Positions 49,332-59,728 of a DNA stretch of 64,000 bases are shown piece by piece. The translations under genes were made by a program, and so were the position numbers. Location: NCBI GenBank assembly GCA_963802335.1, contig CAWDIE010000009.1, positions 111,421-175,420 on the forward strand, written 5' to 3'. Origin of the DNA: an uncultured Planctomycetota bacterium (GTDB lineage Bacteria > Planctomycetota > PLA2 > JAEUHO01). The notes beneath the pieces were generated by a model. That model worked only from the letters and a program-made list of their open reading frames with translations, did no database searches and was not told the origin of the DNA. The number at the start of each line of letters is the position of its first letter. Position 1 is the stretch's first letter.

Positions 49332-50220
49332 GCAGCGTCAACGGAACGACCAGGGGAACGAGCTCTGCCTGGTAGTCCCGGATCAGGGTGAGCAGCTCCT
49401 CCTTGTCGCGGGCGTCGAGGTCGTCCTTCAGGAAACCCATGAGGTGCTCGAGGACGTTGCGGTGGCGCCCGCGCGTGGCGATGGCCCCCAGCGCCTCCAT
49501 GTAGAGCGTCCCGTAGCTACGGATCGTGGCGTCGAAGTCGCCGCGCCCCGCCTGGGCCACGATGCGTCCGAGTTCCCGGTAGGCCTTCGGGCTGTGCGCG
49601 AGCACCGTGAGCTTCTGCGTCGTGTGGAAGTCCACCAACCCGGCCGGGTCGGCTCCACGCTCGAGCAGCGTTCGCCACCGCTGGTGGGCGAAGATGCGCT
49701 CGATGAAGTTCTCGCGTAGCCGCGGATCGTTCAGGCGGCCGTCTTCCTCCACGGGCAGCAGCGGGAAGCGCTCGGTGAGCATGCTCGCAAAGTAGCCGCG
49801 GCCGTCGCGGACGGGCATGCCGCCTTCGGCGTACACGCGCACGCGGAAGAGCCCGCAGGACGGTGAGTTCTTCTTGAACACGTAGCCGTCCAGCCGCGCC
49901 GAAGCCAGGGCGTCGAGCTTCGTTTCGCCCCACGCCTGCATCTCGTCCGTGTGGTCCACCGTCATGTCCGATGTCATGAGGCGGGGGGCTTCCTTCGTGC
50001 CCACGAGGCGAATCGTCGGCCGGGGCGTCGGCATGCCCATCTCGACCTCGGGGCACACGGGAACCCACTCCACCCAGGGGCCCAGATTCAGGACCAGGAA
50101 GCGATCGCGGCTGTGACCGCCCGTGGCACGGACGTTCTGGCCGAGAAGGCAGGAGCTTGCGCCCAAGCGCACAGCGGGGCCGAACGACGACGTGTCGGTG
50201 CCCCCAGTGGAGTGGTTCAT
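49231..50220 (-). CDS. DUF523 plus DUF1722 domain protein (YbgA-like)
   Basis: Start MNHSTGG. DUF523 motif LGASSCLLGQNVR..GGH. The C-terminal half resembles DUF1722. Confidence 0.65.
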   Translation of the reverse strand: MNHSTGGTDTSSFGPAVRLGASSCLLGQNVRATGGHSRDRFLVLNLGPWVEWVPVCPEVEMGMPTPRPTIRLVGTKEAPRLMTSDMTVDHTDEMQAWGETKLDALASARLDGYVFKKNSPSCGLFRVRVYAEGGMPVRDGRGYFASMLTERFPLLPVEEDGRLNDPRLRENFIERIFAHQRWRTLLERGADPAGLVDFHTTQKLTVLAHSPKAYRELGRIVAQAGRGDFDATIRSYGTLYMEALGAIATRGRHRNVLEHLMGFLKDDLDARDKEELLTLIRDYQAELVPLVVPLTLLKHHLARNDVPTWVHRQAYLDPYPRELMLRNHV

Positions 50221-52028
50221 CGGGGCTCCTTGGCGGATGCTCGCCACGGCTCGTCGATCCAGAGGAAACGGTCGCCCAGACGGGCGAAGCAGCAGTAGAC
50301 GCGCTCGTCGCCTTCTTGCGGGTCAGTGACGGTGAGCAGGACCCAGCTGACCCCGGGGGCGGCACGCTCGCGGGCGAACGTGCGCATGGGGGCGGGGAAC
50401 CGCGCGGCGTGTCCCCGTCCCTTGACGAGGTCTTCCGTCGTCGCGCCCCAGGCCCGGACGCGCGCGGTCGGGCCCGCCTGGGCGAACGCGGACGCCACGG
50501 TGGCATCGGACACGATCGTCGTTCGCAGCGCGAGCTTGAGGCCGGGGTAGCCGTCGGCGAACGCGGTCGCGTCCTCCGGTCGCACGACGCGCCGCAGATC
50601 GGCCGTGGAGGGAAGGAGGTCGCGCATGAGCTCGCGGGCCTTCAGCTGGTCGTCCTCCGCCCGTGCCCGCAGGAACGCCGTGACCATGCCGCGGAGGTGA
50701 ATCGCGGCTGCGGTCGCGGGCGGGGCCTCGAGCAGGCGCTCCGTGAGGTCGAGGAAGCGGTTCTCCTGCGCCCGGTCCGGGGGGACACCGTACGAGGTGT
50801 ACTCCACGACCACGTTGCCTACGCGGGCCACGTGGAGCATCAGGTCGGTGGCCGCGCCCCCGCGTCGGGCGCGGCGCCGGGACGTGAAGCCGGGGAGGCC
50901 CCCGTCGGTGCCCGTTCCCTCCGTGCGCTCGGCCGGCAGCCACGCCGCTTCCCGGTCGCGTCCCTCATCCACCGCGCGGAGCGCCGCCACGAGGGCCTCC
51001 GCCTCTTCCTTCGACGGGGTCGAGGCCAGGAAGACGTTCACGTAGCGCATCCCGTCTTCCGTGCCTCCGTAGAGACCGTGGTTGTCGAGGTAGCTCCGTT
51101 CGTCGCCCTCCTCGCCGCCCAGCGACGGTGCGGTGGGACCGAGTAGTCTCCACTTGCTGACCTCCCAGCCCGGCCGGGTCACGAACGAGCGGAAGAGCTC
51201 CAGCACGGCTTGCAGGTCGGGTTCCCGGCTCTTGAGCAGGGGGTCCATCGCGAGTTCGGGCCGGTCGATGACGCGGGTCTCGCAGGGGGGATCCCGAAGC
51301 AGGGCCTCCAGTGCCGCCCGCCCCTTCGTGTCGAGGATCTCGCGCGCGAAGCGATGCCCTTGAACGTAGGTGAAGGCGGCCTCCGGATCGACCATGCCGC
51401 CGTCTTCTCCCCCGACGCGGCCGGTATAGAGGTGGGTCAGCCGCTCGAACGCGCCCGAGGCGTCCCGCTCCTTGGCCACCTGCTCCGCCACGAGCTGCGC
51501 GTGGCCTTCCAGCACCGCCTCGATCGCGAGGCGTTCGTCCGAGGCGGAGCAGCAGGCCAGGACCCAGCGCACGGGGAACCGCTCGAAGTCGAGCGCGTGG
51601 GTCGCCTCGTGCACGAGGATGCTGCGCAGGACGTCGTCCGAGAGCAGGGCGGGATCGCCGGCCGCCCGGGCGACGGCGACGAGCGCCTCGGGTACGAGGT
51701 GGATGGTCCGGCTGAGCGGCTCGAAGTAGGCGAAGAACGCGCGCGTGGCGTCGGGCGTACTCTCCAGCATGCCGCGCTCGCCCTCCGCTCCCTGGTTGAG
51801 GATGCGCTCGATCTCGTCCTGTGAGGACGGCTCGATTCGCGGCCGCTCCGTGAAGGTCGCGCCCGTGGCACGCTCCACGGCGTCGCAGGCTTCCTCGAGC
51901 AAGGGCGCCAGCACCGCCGGGTCGCGCCACCGGCGCAGCACCTCGGCTTCCTGGATCGGGTCGGCCAGGGCCGCGGCGTGCCCCAGCCAGAGAATCGCGA
52001 GCAGGCAGAGAGCACGTCGAGGTGTCAC
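50217..52028 (-). CDS. secreted hypothetical protein with HExxH motif (putative zinc metallopeptidase)
   Basis: Signal peptide MTPRRALCLLAILWLGHAAALA. Motif ILVHEATHALDFERF. Its stop overlaps the downstream start (ATGA). Confidence 0.6.
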   Translation of the reverse strand: MTPRRALCLLAILWLGHAAALADPIQEAEVLRRWRDPAVLAPLLEEACDAVERATGATFTERPRIEPSSQDEIERILNQGAEGERGMLESTPDATRAFFAYFEPLSRTIHLVPEALVAVARAAGDPALLSDDVLRSILVHEATHALDFERFPVRWVLACCSASDERLAIEAVLEGHAQLVAEQVAKERDASGAFERLTHLYTGRVGGEDGGMVDPEAAFTYVQGHRFAREILDTKGRAALEALLRDPPCETRVIDRPELAMDPLLKSREPDLQAVLELFRSFVTRPGWEVSKWRLLGPTAPSLGGEEGDERSYLDNHGLYGGTEDGMRYVNVFLASTPSKEEAEALVAALRAVDEGRDREAAWLPAERTEGTGTDGGLPGFTSRRRARRGGAATDLMLHVARVGNVVVEYTSYGVPPDRAQENRFLDLTERLLEAPPATAAAIHLRGMVTAFLRARAEDDQLKARELMRDLLPSTADLRRVVRPEDATAFADGYPGLKLALRTTIVSDATVASAFAQAGPTARVRAWGATTEDLVKGRGHAARFPAPMRTFARERAAPGVSWVLLTVTDPQEGDERVYCCFARLGDRFLWIDEPWRASAKEPR

Positions 52029-52079
52029 GCCCGGATTCTACGGAGCAGCGGGGCTTGCTTCCCATGTACAAGTCCGGAC

Positions 52080-53549
52080 ATGGCGAAGCTCGCGCCTGAA
52101 GCTGCCTGGCTCGGCATCGATTTGGGAACCTCCGCGGTCAAGGCCGTGCTCGTGAAGGAGGACGGCACCCTCCTCGGCGAGGGGCAGGGTGAGCTGGCGC
52201 TGCGGGTCCCCGAGCCCCTTGCGGCGGAGCAGTCGGCCGACGACTGGTGGGAGGCCGCGGTGCGGGCCACGCGGGCCTGCCTGGCCGCGGCGGGAGGCGT
52301 CCGGGTCGCCGGCGTCGGGTTGACGGGCCAGAAGCACGCCCTGCTCCTGCTGGACGCCCAGGGCCGACCGCTCACGGCCGCGCGCCTCTGGGCCGACGGC
52401 CGTGCGATCGACGGATGCAAGCGGTTCGAGGAGGCCGTCCCCCGGCTCGCGGGGCGGACCGGAGCGCCGGCGCTGCCCGGCTACGTCGTGCCCAAGTGGT
52501 TGCACCTCGAGGCGCGGGAAAAGGCGCTGGTGCGCGCCACGGCCCACCTGCTCTTCGCGAAGGACTGGCTGCGCTACCGATTGACCGGCGCGTTCGCCAC
52601 CGATCCAACCGAGGCCGGTGCTTCGCAGCTTTGGCGGGCGTCTTCCCGGCGGTGGGACGCACAGCGCTGCGCCGCCGTCGGGATCGATCCCCGCTGGCTG
52701 CCGCCGGTCGTCTTCTCCAACGCGCTCTCCGGCTGCGTCCACCAGGATGCCGCCCGGCGCACCGGCCTCGAGGCGGGCACACCCGTGGTGGGGGGGGCCG
52801 GAGACAACGAAGCCGCCGCGCTCGCCTGCGGCGCCGTGAAGCCCGGTCGGGTCGCCGTCATCCTCGGCACCTCCGGCACCGTGATCGCGACGGCGCCGCG
52901 GCGAGGGCGGGTCGGGGCCCTGGTGTGGGGGCGTTTCGTCACCCGTCGTGGCGTGGCGGCCACGGGCACGATGCTCTCCGCGGGGCGCGCGCTGGCGTGG
53001 GCCCGCGAGGCGTTCTTGCCCTCGGGCGCGTCGGCGGCCGAGGCGCTCGAGGTCGCGTTCTCCGTCGACCCGTCGACCTCCGTGCCTCTCTTCATTCCCG
53101 CCCTCGTCGGCGAGCGTAGCCCCGTCCCCGACCCCCACGCCCGGGCCGCGTTCGTGGGGGTCGAGACCTCGCACGCCGCGCCCCACCTCCTGCGGGCGGT
53201 CGCCGACGGCGTCAGCGCGACGCTGGGACAGATCGTGGACCTCTTGCGCGCCAGCCGCGTGCCCGTGGACGAGCTCCGGCTGACGAGCGGGGCGGCGGCG
53301 TCCGAGCCCCTCGTTCGCCAGATCCTCGCGGCCGCCGAGGCGCCGGGACGGGTGGTGGGTACCCGCGAGGGCCCGGCGCGAGGTGCGGCGCTCCTGGCGG
53401 CCCGGCAGGGGGCGAGCGACCAGGCCCTGTGCGCTCGCGCGGAGGCCTGGGCCGCCGCGGGTCCGCTCCAGCACCCCACGCGCGGCGCCGTCCAGCGGAT
53501 GGCGGGCGTCAAGGACGGCCTCGCACGAGCCCGGCGCGACCTCCACTGA
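52080..53549 (+). CDS. FGGY-family carbohydrate kinase (xylulokinase-like)
   Basis: N-terminus WLGIDLGTSAVKAVLV, plus GDNEAAALACG and LTSGAAAS motifs of FGGY kinases. Confidence 0.75.
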   Translation: MAKLAPEAAWLGIDLGTSAVKAVLVKEDGTLLGEGQGELALRVPEPLAAEQSADDWWEAAVRATRACLAAAGGVRVAGVGLTGQKHALLLLDAQGRPLTAARLWADGRAIDGCKRFEEAVPRLAGRTGAPALPGYVVPKWLHLEAREKALVRATAHLLFAKDWLRYRLTGAFATDPTEAGASQLWRASSRRWDAQRCAAVGIDPRWLPPVVFSNALSGCVHQDAARRTGLEAGTPVVGGAGDNEAAALACGAVKPGRVAVILGTSGTVIATAPRRGRVGALVWGRFVTRRGVAATGTMLSAGRALAWAREAFLPSGASAAEALEVAFSVDPSTSVPLFIPALVGERSPVPDPHARAAFVGVETSHAAPHLLRAVADGVSATLGQIVDLLRASRVPVDELRLTSGAAASEPLVRQILAAAEAPGRVVGTREGPARGAALLAARQGASDQALCARAEAWAAAGPLQHPTRGAVQRMAGVKDGLARARRDLH

Positions 53550-53651
53550 CGCAGACGGAGGGGCAGGCGTGGTGTGCCCGCCCCGTGTCCGTACAATCCG
53601 ACGCCTCGTGGGCCCGCTGTCGGAGCCCGTGAACCGGGAACGCCCCATCGC

Positions 53652-55526
53652 ATGTCGAAATCCAAGACTGCCCCCGAGAAGGCGAGCGAGGCCGAAGACG
53701 CCGTCCGCGTCAACCGCCTGGCTCTGCAGATCGCCACCGTGAACGGCTCGGGAAGCCAGACGGCTAACAACACGCTCCTTCGGGCCCTGTTCCAGATGGG
53801 GTTGCCCGTCTCGGGCAAGAACCTCTTCCCGAGCAACATCCAGGGGCTGCCGACCTGGTTCACGATTCGCGTGAACGAGAACGGCTACATCGCCCGCCTG
53901 CGGGAGATCGACCTGGTCGTCTGCATGAATCCGGCCACGGTCGAGCAGGACGTTCGCGACCTGCCGCCGGGTACACCGGTCGTGTACGAAGAGACCCTGA
54001 AGGTCGAGCGGTTCCGCGACGACCTCCTGCTGTTCGGGGTGCCGTTCAACAAGCTCGTGCGCGAGGTGTGCGAGCCCGTCAGCCTCCGCAAGCTCGTGGT
54101 CAACATGCTCTACGTGGGCGTGGTCGCCGAGTTGATCGGGATCGAGTCGGAGGAGATCGAGCGCGCACTGCAGAGCGCCTTCCGCAGCAAGCCCAAGGCG
54201 ATGGCGCTGAACCGCGACGCCGTGCTCGCCGGCCAGGAGTGGGCCCAGGCGAACGCCGCCGTGCGTCCCAAGCTGCGCGTCGAGCGGCGCGACCTCACGG
54301 CCGGCAAGATCCTCATCGACGGCAACACCGCATGCGCCGTCGGCTGCATCTTCGCGGGCACCACGGTCATGTCCTGGTATCCGATCACGCCGTCCTCGAG
54401 CGTGGCCGAGAACGTGCAGGCGTTGGCGGCGAAGTACCGCACGGACCGTGAGACCGGCCGGACCAGCCTCGCCATCGTGCAGGCCGAGGACGAGCTGGCC
54501 GCGGTCGGCATGGCCCTGGGTGCCGGGTGGGCCGGTGCCAGGTCCATGACGGCCACGAGCGGACCGGGCATCAGCCTCATGGCCGAATTCGTCGGCCTGG
54601 GGTACTTCGCCGAGCTTCCCACCGTCATCTTCAACGTGCAGCGGACCGGGCCCAGCACGGGCCTCCCGACCCGCACGATGCAGGGCGACCTGCTGTCCAC
54701 GGCGTATCTCTCGCACGGCGACTGCCGCCATCCGTGCCTCTATCCGGCCGACATCAAGGAGTGCTACGAGTTCTCGCTCGCGGCCTTCGACCTGGCCGAG
54801 CGGCTGCAGACCCCCGTCTTCGTGCTGTCGGATCTGGATCTCGGCATGAATCTCTGGATGTCCGAGCCGTTCGAGTACCCGAAGGACGAGATCGACCGCG
54901 GCAAGGTGCTCGATCAAGAGGCGCTCGAACGCGTCGAGGACTGGGGGCGGTTCAAGGACGTCGATGGCGACGGCATCCCGTACCGAACGCTCCCCGGCAC
55001 CCCGGGCGGCAAGGGCGCCTACTTCACGCGCGGTTCGGGCCACGACGAGTACGCCCAGTACACCGAGGACGGCGACGTGTACGCCCGCAACATGGACCGC
55101 CTCACGAAGAAGTTCGAGACCGCCGCGACCCTGGTTCCCGCCCCCCTGATCGACGACCGAGGCTCGAAGGTGGGCGTCATCGCGTTGGGAACGTCCGACC
55201 CCGCCGTGCACGAGGCCCGCGATCGCCTGCGTGACCACCACGACCTCGAGACCGACTACTTGCGTATCCGCGCGTTCCCGTTTGCGCCCGACATCCAGCG
55301 CTGGGTCGAGGCGCACGATCACGTCTACGTCGTCGAGCAGAACCGCGATGCCCAGATGCTCCGCATGCTGAACATGGAGTTCCCGGATCTCGCGCTCTCG
55401 CTGCGATCGGTACTCCACTACGACGGCCTGCCGCTCGACGCGTCCACGATCGTCGAGCAGATCGCGACGGCCGAGGCGGGCCGCGTAGCCCAGCCCTCCC
55501 ACCGGGCGAAGAAAGGTGATGCGTGA
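53652..55526 (+). CDS. korA: 2-oxoglutarate:ferredoxin oxidoreductase alpha subunit
   Basis: Full-length KorA/2-oxoacid:acceptor oxidoreductase alpha similarity (QIATVNGSGSQTAN, MSWYPITPSS). Confidence 0.85.
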   Translation: MSKSKTAPEKASEAEDAVRVNRLALQIATVNGSGSQTANNTLLRALFQMGLPVSGKNLFPSNIQGLPTWFTIRVNENGYIARLREIDLVVCMNPATVEQDVRDLPPGTPVVYEETLKVERFRDDLLLFGVPFNKLVREVCEPVSLRKLVVNMLYVGVVAELIGIESEEIERALQSAFRSKPKAMALNRDAVLAGQEWAQANAAVRPKLRVERRDLTAGKILIDGNTACAVGCIFAGTTVMSWYPITPSSSVAENVQALAAKYRTDRETGRTSLAIVQAEDELAAVGMALGAGWAGARSMTATSGPGISLMAEFVGLGYFAELPTVIFNVQRTGPSTGLPTRTMQGDLLSTAYLSHGDCRHPCLYPADIKECYEFSLAAFDLAERLQTPVFVLSDLDLGMNLWMSEPFEYPKDEIDRGKVLDQEALERVEDWGRFKDVDGDGIPYRTLPGTPGGKGAYFTRGSGHDEYAQYTEDGDVYARNMDRLTKKFETAATLVPAPLIDDRGSKVGVIALGTSDPAVHEARDRLRDHHDLETDYLRIRAFPFAPDIQRWVEAHDHVYVVEQNRDAQMLRMLNMEFPDLALSLRSVLHYDGLPLDASTIVEQIATAEAGRVAQPSHRAKKGDA

Positions 55527-56554
55527 TGGCTGCCGCTCCGAAGACCAACCACATCGGGCTCCCCCTGGCGGCGTACAAGGGGCGACCTTCGACGCTGTGC
55601 AAGGGCTGCGGGCACGACGTCATCTCCAACACCATCATCTCCGCGTTCTACGAACTGGGGGTGGAACCGCACAAGGTGGCGAAGATGTCGGGCATCGGGT
55701 GCTCGAGCAAGACGCCCGCGTACTTCCTTTCGGGGGCCTGGGGCTTCAACGCCGTCCACGGGCGCATGCCGTCCGTCGCCACCGGAGCGCTACTCGCCAA
55801 TCGCGACCTCGTGGGCATCGGCGTCTCCGGCGACGGCGACACGGCCTCGATCGGTATGGGCCAGTTCGTCCACATGGTGCGCCGCAACCTCCCCCTCGCC
55901 TACATCGTCGAGAACAACGGTGTGTACGGCCTCACCAAGGGGCAGTTCTCGGCTACCGCCGACAAGGGCTCGCGCCTCAAGGACGGGACGGTCGAGAACA
56001 TGACGGCCATCGACCTCTGCGCGGTCGCCGTCGAGCTGGGGGCCACCTACGTCGCGCGGGCGTTCTCGGCGGACCGCAAGCAGCTGCTCGAGATCCTCAA
56101 AGGGGCGATCGCCCATCAGGGGCTCGCCGTCATCGACGTGATGAGCCCCTGCGTGACGTTCAACAACCACGAGGGTTCGACTCGCTCCTACGACTGGGGG
56201 CGTGATCACCAAGGCCCCATCAACGAGGTGGGCTTCGTCCCCGCCTGGGATCATCCGGAGCTCGAGACGAATCCCGACGAGGGGCTCGAGGTCCAGATGC
56301 CCGACGGCGGGACGGTCGTCGTCCGTCGCGTGGGTGAAGCGCACGATCCGCGGAACAAGGAGGCGGCCCTCGATCTCCTGCGCCGCAGCTTCGGCCCCGA
56401 TGAGTTCCTCACCGGCCTCTACTACATCGACCCCGATGCACCCAACCTCTTCGACATCCTGCAGCTCGAAGAGGCGCCGCTGGGCACCATGCCCGCCGCA
56501 AGCGTCCGGCCCTCGGCGGACGTGCTCGAGGCCATCAACGAGTCCTATCGCTAG
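55523..56554 (+). CDS. korB: 2-oxoglutarate:ferredoxin oxidoreductase beta subunit (TPP-binding)
   Basis: Motifs TLCKGCGHD and GIGCSS. TPP-binding GDGD region. Its start overlaps the korA stop. Confidence 0.85.
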   Translation: MMAAAPKTNHIGLPLAAYKGRPSTLCKGCGHDVISNTIISAFYELGVEPHKVAKMSGIGCSSKTPAYFLSGAWGFNAVHGRMPSVATGALLANRDLVGIGVSGDGDTASIGMGQFVHMVRRNLPLAYIVENNGVYGLTKGQFSATADKGSRLKDGTVENMTAIDLCAVAVELGATYVARAFSADRKQLLEILKGAIAHQGLAVIDVMSPCVTFNNHEGSTRSYDWGRDHQGPINEVGFVPAWDHPELETNPDEGLEVQMPDGGTVVVRRVGEAHDPRNKEAALDLLRRSFGPDEFLTGLYYIDPDAPNLFDILQLEEAPLGTMPAASVRPSADVLEAINESYR

Positions 56555-56565
56555 TGGAGCGCACG

Positions 56566-58063
56566 ATGCGTCCGACCCTCTTCGCCGCCATCTTGATTCT
56601 CGCCGCCTCGAGCCTCGTCGCCTGCGGAGGCGGTGGTGGCGGGGGAGACGTGCCGCCGCCGCCCTCGCAGCCGGGCACCTTGCGGACCATCGCGCTCCAG
56701 GGCGAGACCGCCCCGAACGGCGCCGGCACGTTTCTCGCGTTTCCCGTGTCCACACCGCTCAGCGCGGGGCAGGGAAGCTGGGGCGCCTTCGTCGCCGATA
56801 CCAGCACGGCGGGACTCGTCGCCTACGCCGTCGAGCCGGAGGGGGACCTGGTGGCCGTCTTCGGAGAGGGCGACGCCGTGCCCGGGCTCACCACGGGGCA
56901 GATCTCGAGCTTCGGCCAGGTCTGGGTGGGGGATGACGGACGCGTCGTGGCCCACGTCGAAGTCACGGGGAACGCGTTTCGGGGTGAACGAGGGCCTGAT
57001 CAGCGCTCAGGTCGACACCGGCGTCGTCTCCGACGCGGCGGGCCTGGCGTTCGAGGGGACCAGCACCTCGGTCGGCAAGCTGACCGGCTTCGACGCCGAG
57101 TACTCGTTCCTGCGGGAGGACGAGTTCTTCTTCCGCGCCGGGACGTCCACCGCCACCGGTCTGTGGTCGGTCGGCGTCGATGGGAGCAATCTCACGAAGC
57201 TCGTCGCGTCCGGCGACGCCGCACCGGGCGGGAAGACGCTGATCCAGGTCTACGCCGCGGGCATCAGCACCACGGGGACCCAGTTCGCGTTCGTGGCGGA
57301 GACCACGGGGATCCAGGACCGTGACGGCGTCTATGTCGGCGTCGCGGGCAGCGGCCTCTACGGTGAGGTCGCGGTCACCGGAGACCCCCTCGCGGAGGGC
57401 GAGTTCGTCGGCCTGATTCCCTACGACCAGCCGCTCGTCGTCTACGGCGGGCAGGTGCCTACGGTGCTCTACAAGTGCCAGAGCAACCTGGCCGAAGACC
57501 ACCTCATCCTCGGCGTTCCCGACCAGCCGGACTTCCTGATCGCGCGCGAAGGGGATGCGGACACGGCATTCACCGGCGGCGTGTTCGGGCCGCTCGACTG
57601 GCTGAACAACGCCGCCGGTGCCTCGAATCCCATGTTCCAGGCGAACCTGAGCGGTGCCCAGGGCATCACGTTCGGCATCTACACGTTGGAGAGCCTGGAC
57701 TTTGCGACGAGCCAGGTCCGGCTCGCTCTCGCGATCTACAACGGTCGCCGCGTCTCCTCCACGAGTTCGCAGAGCTTCAGCTCGACCTTCCCCGGCCTCG
57801 GCACCGCCGGCCAGCTCGATACCTCGCCGGGGGCGGACCTCGCCTTCGCGAACGTCCTCAGCCCCAGCGGTGACACCGGCCTCTTCTGGTTGGTGCGCGG
57901 CGTCGGCCTCTTCTCGACGGCCGTGCCCGGCGCGACGATTCCCGGAGGGGGCGACACGTTCGGCTCGGACACCGGCTACCGGTCGACGACGGCCGAGGGT
58001 GTGGTGCTGTTCCGGGCGCCGGTCGACGGGGCCGGGAGCGGCATCTTCCGGCGCGGACGGTAG
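56566..58063 (+). CDS. lipoprotein, hypothetical (frameshift near 56978)
   Basis: MRPTLFAAILILAASSLVACGGGGG is a lipobox. The body continues in the frame of ORF 56633..58063. The junction VTGNAF|GVNEGLISAQVD is fixed by removing one T from a ttt run. Confidence 0.6.
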
Positions 58064-58097
58064 ACTACCGGCCCCGTTCGACGAGGACCTGAAGCGC

Positions 58098-58189
58098 GGA
58101 GAGGTGGCCGAGTGGTCGAAGGCGCGTGCTTGGAAAGCACGTGTACGGTTTACGCCGTACCGCAGGTTCAAATCCTGTCCTCTCCGCCA
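58098..58189 (+). tRNA. tRNA-Ser (anticodon GGA)
   Basis: GGAGAGGTGGCCGAGTGGTCGAAGGCG... with anticodon loop TTGGAAA, a long variable arm, T-arm GGTTCAAATCC and a 3' CCA. Length is 92 nt. Confidence 0.85.
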
Positions 58190-58221
58190 ACCCTCGGCGT
58201 CGGCATGGGATACTCCGGGCC

Positions 58222-59253
58222 ATGGCGTCGAACCGGTCCCTCACGCCCGCGATGCGCTTGCTCGAGTGGCTGCTCGCGCGCCGGCCGAGCAACCTCATCT
58301 TCGTGGTGCTCGCCCTCTTCCCGATCGGCGTCGTCGGCTACGTCCTCATCGAGGGCATGCGCCCCCTGGACGCCGCGTACCAGACGATGATCACCCTGAG
58401 CACGGTGGGGTATTCGGACCTGGTCCAGTCGGACGCAGGGCGGGTCTTCAACATCGTTTTCATGGCCGTGGGCGTGGGCATCTTCGTGGTCACGCTGTCC
58501 TTGCTGGCGGCCTTCCTGGTGGAGGGGCGGCTCCGCGAAGCCGTCGAGAGGCGCAGAATGGAACGCGGAATCTCCGAGATGAAGAACCACACGATCGTCT
58601 GCGGGTGCGGACGATTCGGGTACCGCGTCTCCTCCGAACTCGACCGGCTGGACTTGCCCTTCGCCGTCATCGACAGCGATCCAGCTCGCGTCAAGCTCGC
58701 CGAAGAGCGGGGGTGGTCCGTCCTCGACGCGGATGCCACCGAGGAGACGGGTCTGCTTCGCGCGGGGCTCCTCCACGCGCGGGGCGTCATCAGCACGCTG
58801 GGCTCGGACGCGGACAACGTCTACGTGGCCCTCACCGCGCGCGAGATCCGCACCGAGATCCCGATCGTGGCGATGGCACGCGAGCCGGCCGCCGAGAGCA
58901 AGCTGCGCAAGGCGGGTGCGGACTACGTGGTGTCGCCCTACACCATCGGCGCGGTGAACATGGCGCGCCGCATTGCGCACCCGCACCTCACCCGCTTCCT
59001 CGACTCCGCGCACGGCCTCGAGGTGAAACTCGAGGAGATCCAGGTCGGCGACGGCGCGGCGATCGTGGGCCTGCCGCTCAAGGAGACCCCCTTGCGGCGT
59101 ACCTACGGAGTCACCGTGGTGGCGGTGGTCAAGGCGGGGACCGAGGACGTGCACTACAACCCGGATCCGGACCTCGTGCTGGACGCCGGGGACATCCTCG
59201 TCGCCGTCGGATCGCCCGAAGGCCTCACGGGCGCAGCCGGAGCGTGTGCGTAG
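58222..59253 (+). CDS. 2TM potassium channel with TrkA-N/TrkA-C (RCK) domains
   Basis: Start MASNRSL. Pore TLSTVGYSD between two TM helices. RCK NAD-binding fold IVCGCGRFG. C-terminal TrkA-C domain. Confidence 0.8.
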   Translation: MASNRSLTPAMRLLEWLLARRPSNLIFVVLALFPIGVVGYVLIEGMRPLDAAYQTMITLSTVGYSDLVQSDAGRVFNIVFMAVGVGIFVVTLSLLAAFLVEGRLREAVERRRMERGISEMKNHTIVCGCGRFGYRVSSELDRLDLPFAVIDSDPARVKLAEERGWSVLDADATEETGLLRAGLLHARGVISTLGSDADNVYVALTAREIRTEIPIVAMAREPAAESKLRKAGADYVVSPYTIGAVNMARRIAHPHLTRFLDSAHGLEVKLEEIQVGDGAAIVGLPLKETPLRRTYGVTVVAVVKAGTEDVHYNPDPDLVLDAGDILVAVGSPEGLTGAAGACA

Positions 59254-59268
59254 GGTAGGATCACGTCC

Positions 59269-59716
59269 ATGCGAAAGCCTGGGTTCCGTGACGGGTACTA
59301 CGCGCTCCGCCTCTACGAACTGCGCCGGGACGAGGAACTCCGGCGCGCCCGCGACATGGTGGGCGACGACCTCTTCCAGCTCAGCTGGGACGACTTTCGG
59401 CCGATGCTGGACGCTTCCCATCCGAAGCACGCGCACCTGCAACAGGTGGTCGGGTACTGGGAACTCGCCGCGTCGCTCGTCGTGCGCGGCCTCTTCCACC
59501 CCGACATCTACCTCGACGCATGCGACGAGGGTCTGTTCACCTACGCGATCGCTCGAGGAGTACCTGCCGAAGATCCGCGAGCTCAGACCGAGCTTCTTCC
59601 AGAAGACGGAGGCCCTGATCCAGGAGCACCCGCGCATCAAGGGGCGGCTCATGGAGATCCGCACGCGTCTGTTTGCTGCAAAGAAGGAGGGGCGGCCCAA
59701 CGTGGTGAGGGACTGA
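59269..59716 (+). CDS. hypothetical protein (frameshift near 59545)
   Basis: N-terminus MRKPGFRDGYYALRLYEL... lies in frame 1. C-terminus SLEEYLPKIRELRPSFFQKTEALIQEHPRIKGRLMEI lies in frame 2. Confidence 0.5.
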
Positions 59717-59728
59717 TCGTCCCGCGCG

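Noticed and set aside
52038-55502. 1154-aa minus-strand ORF
   Set aside because: It is antisense to the FGGY kinase and korA, which have clear homology. It is an Arg/Gly-rich GC-frame artefact.
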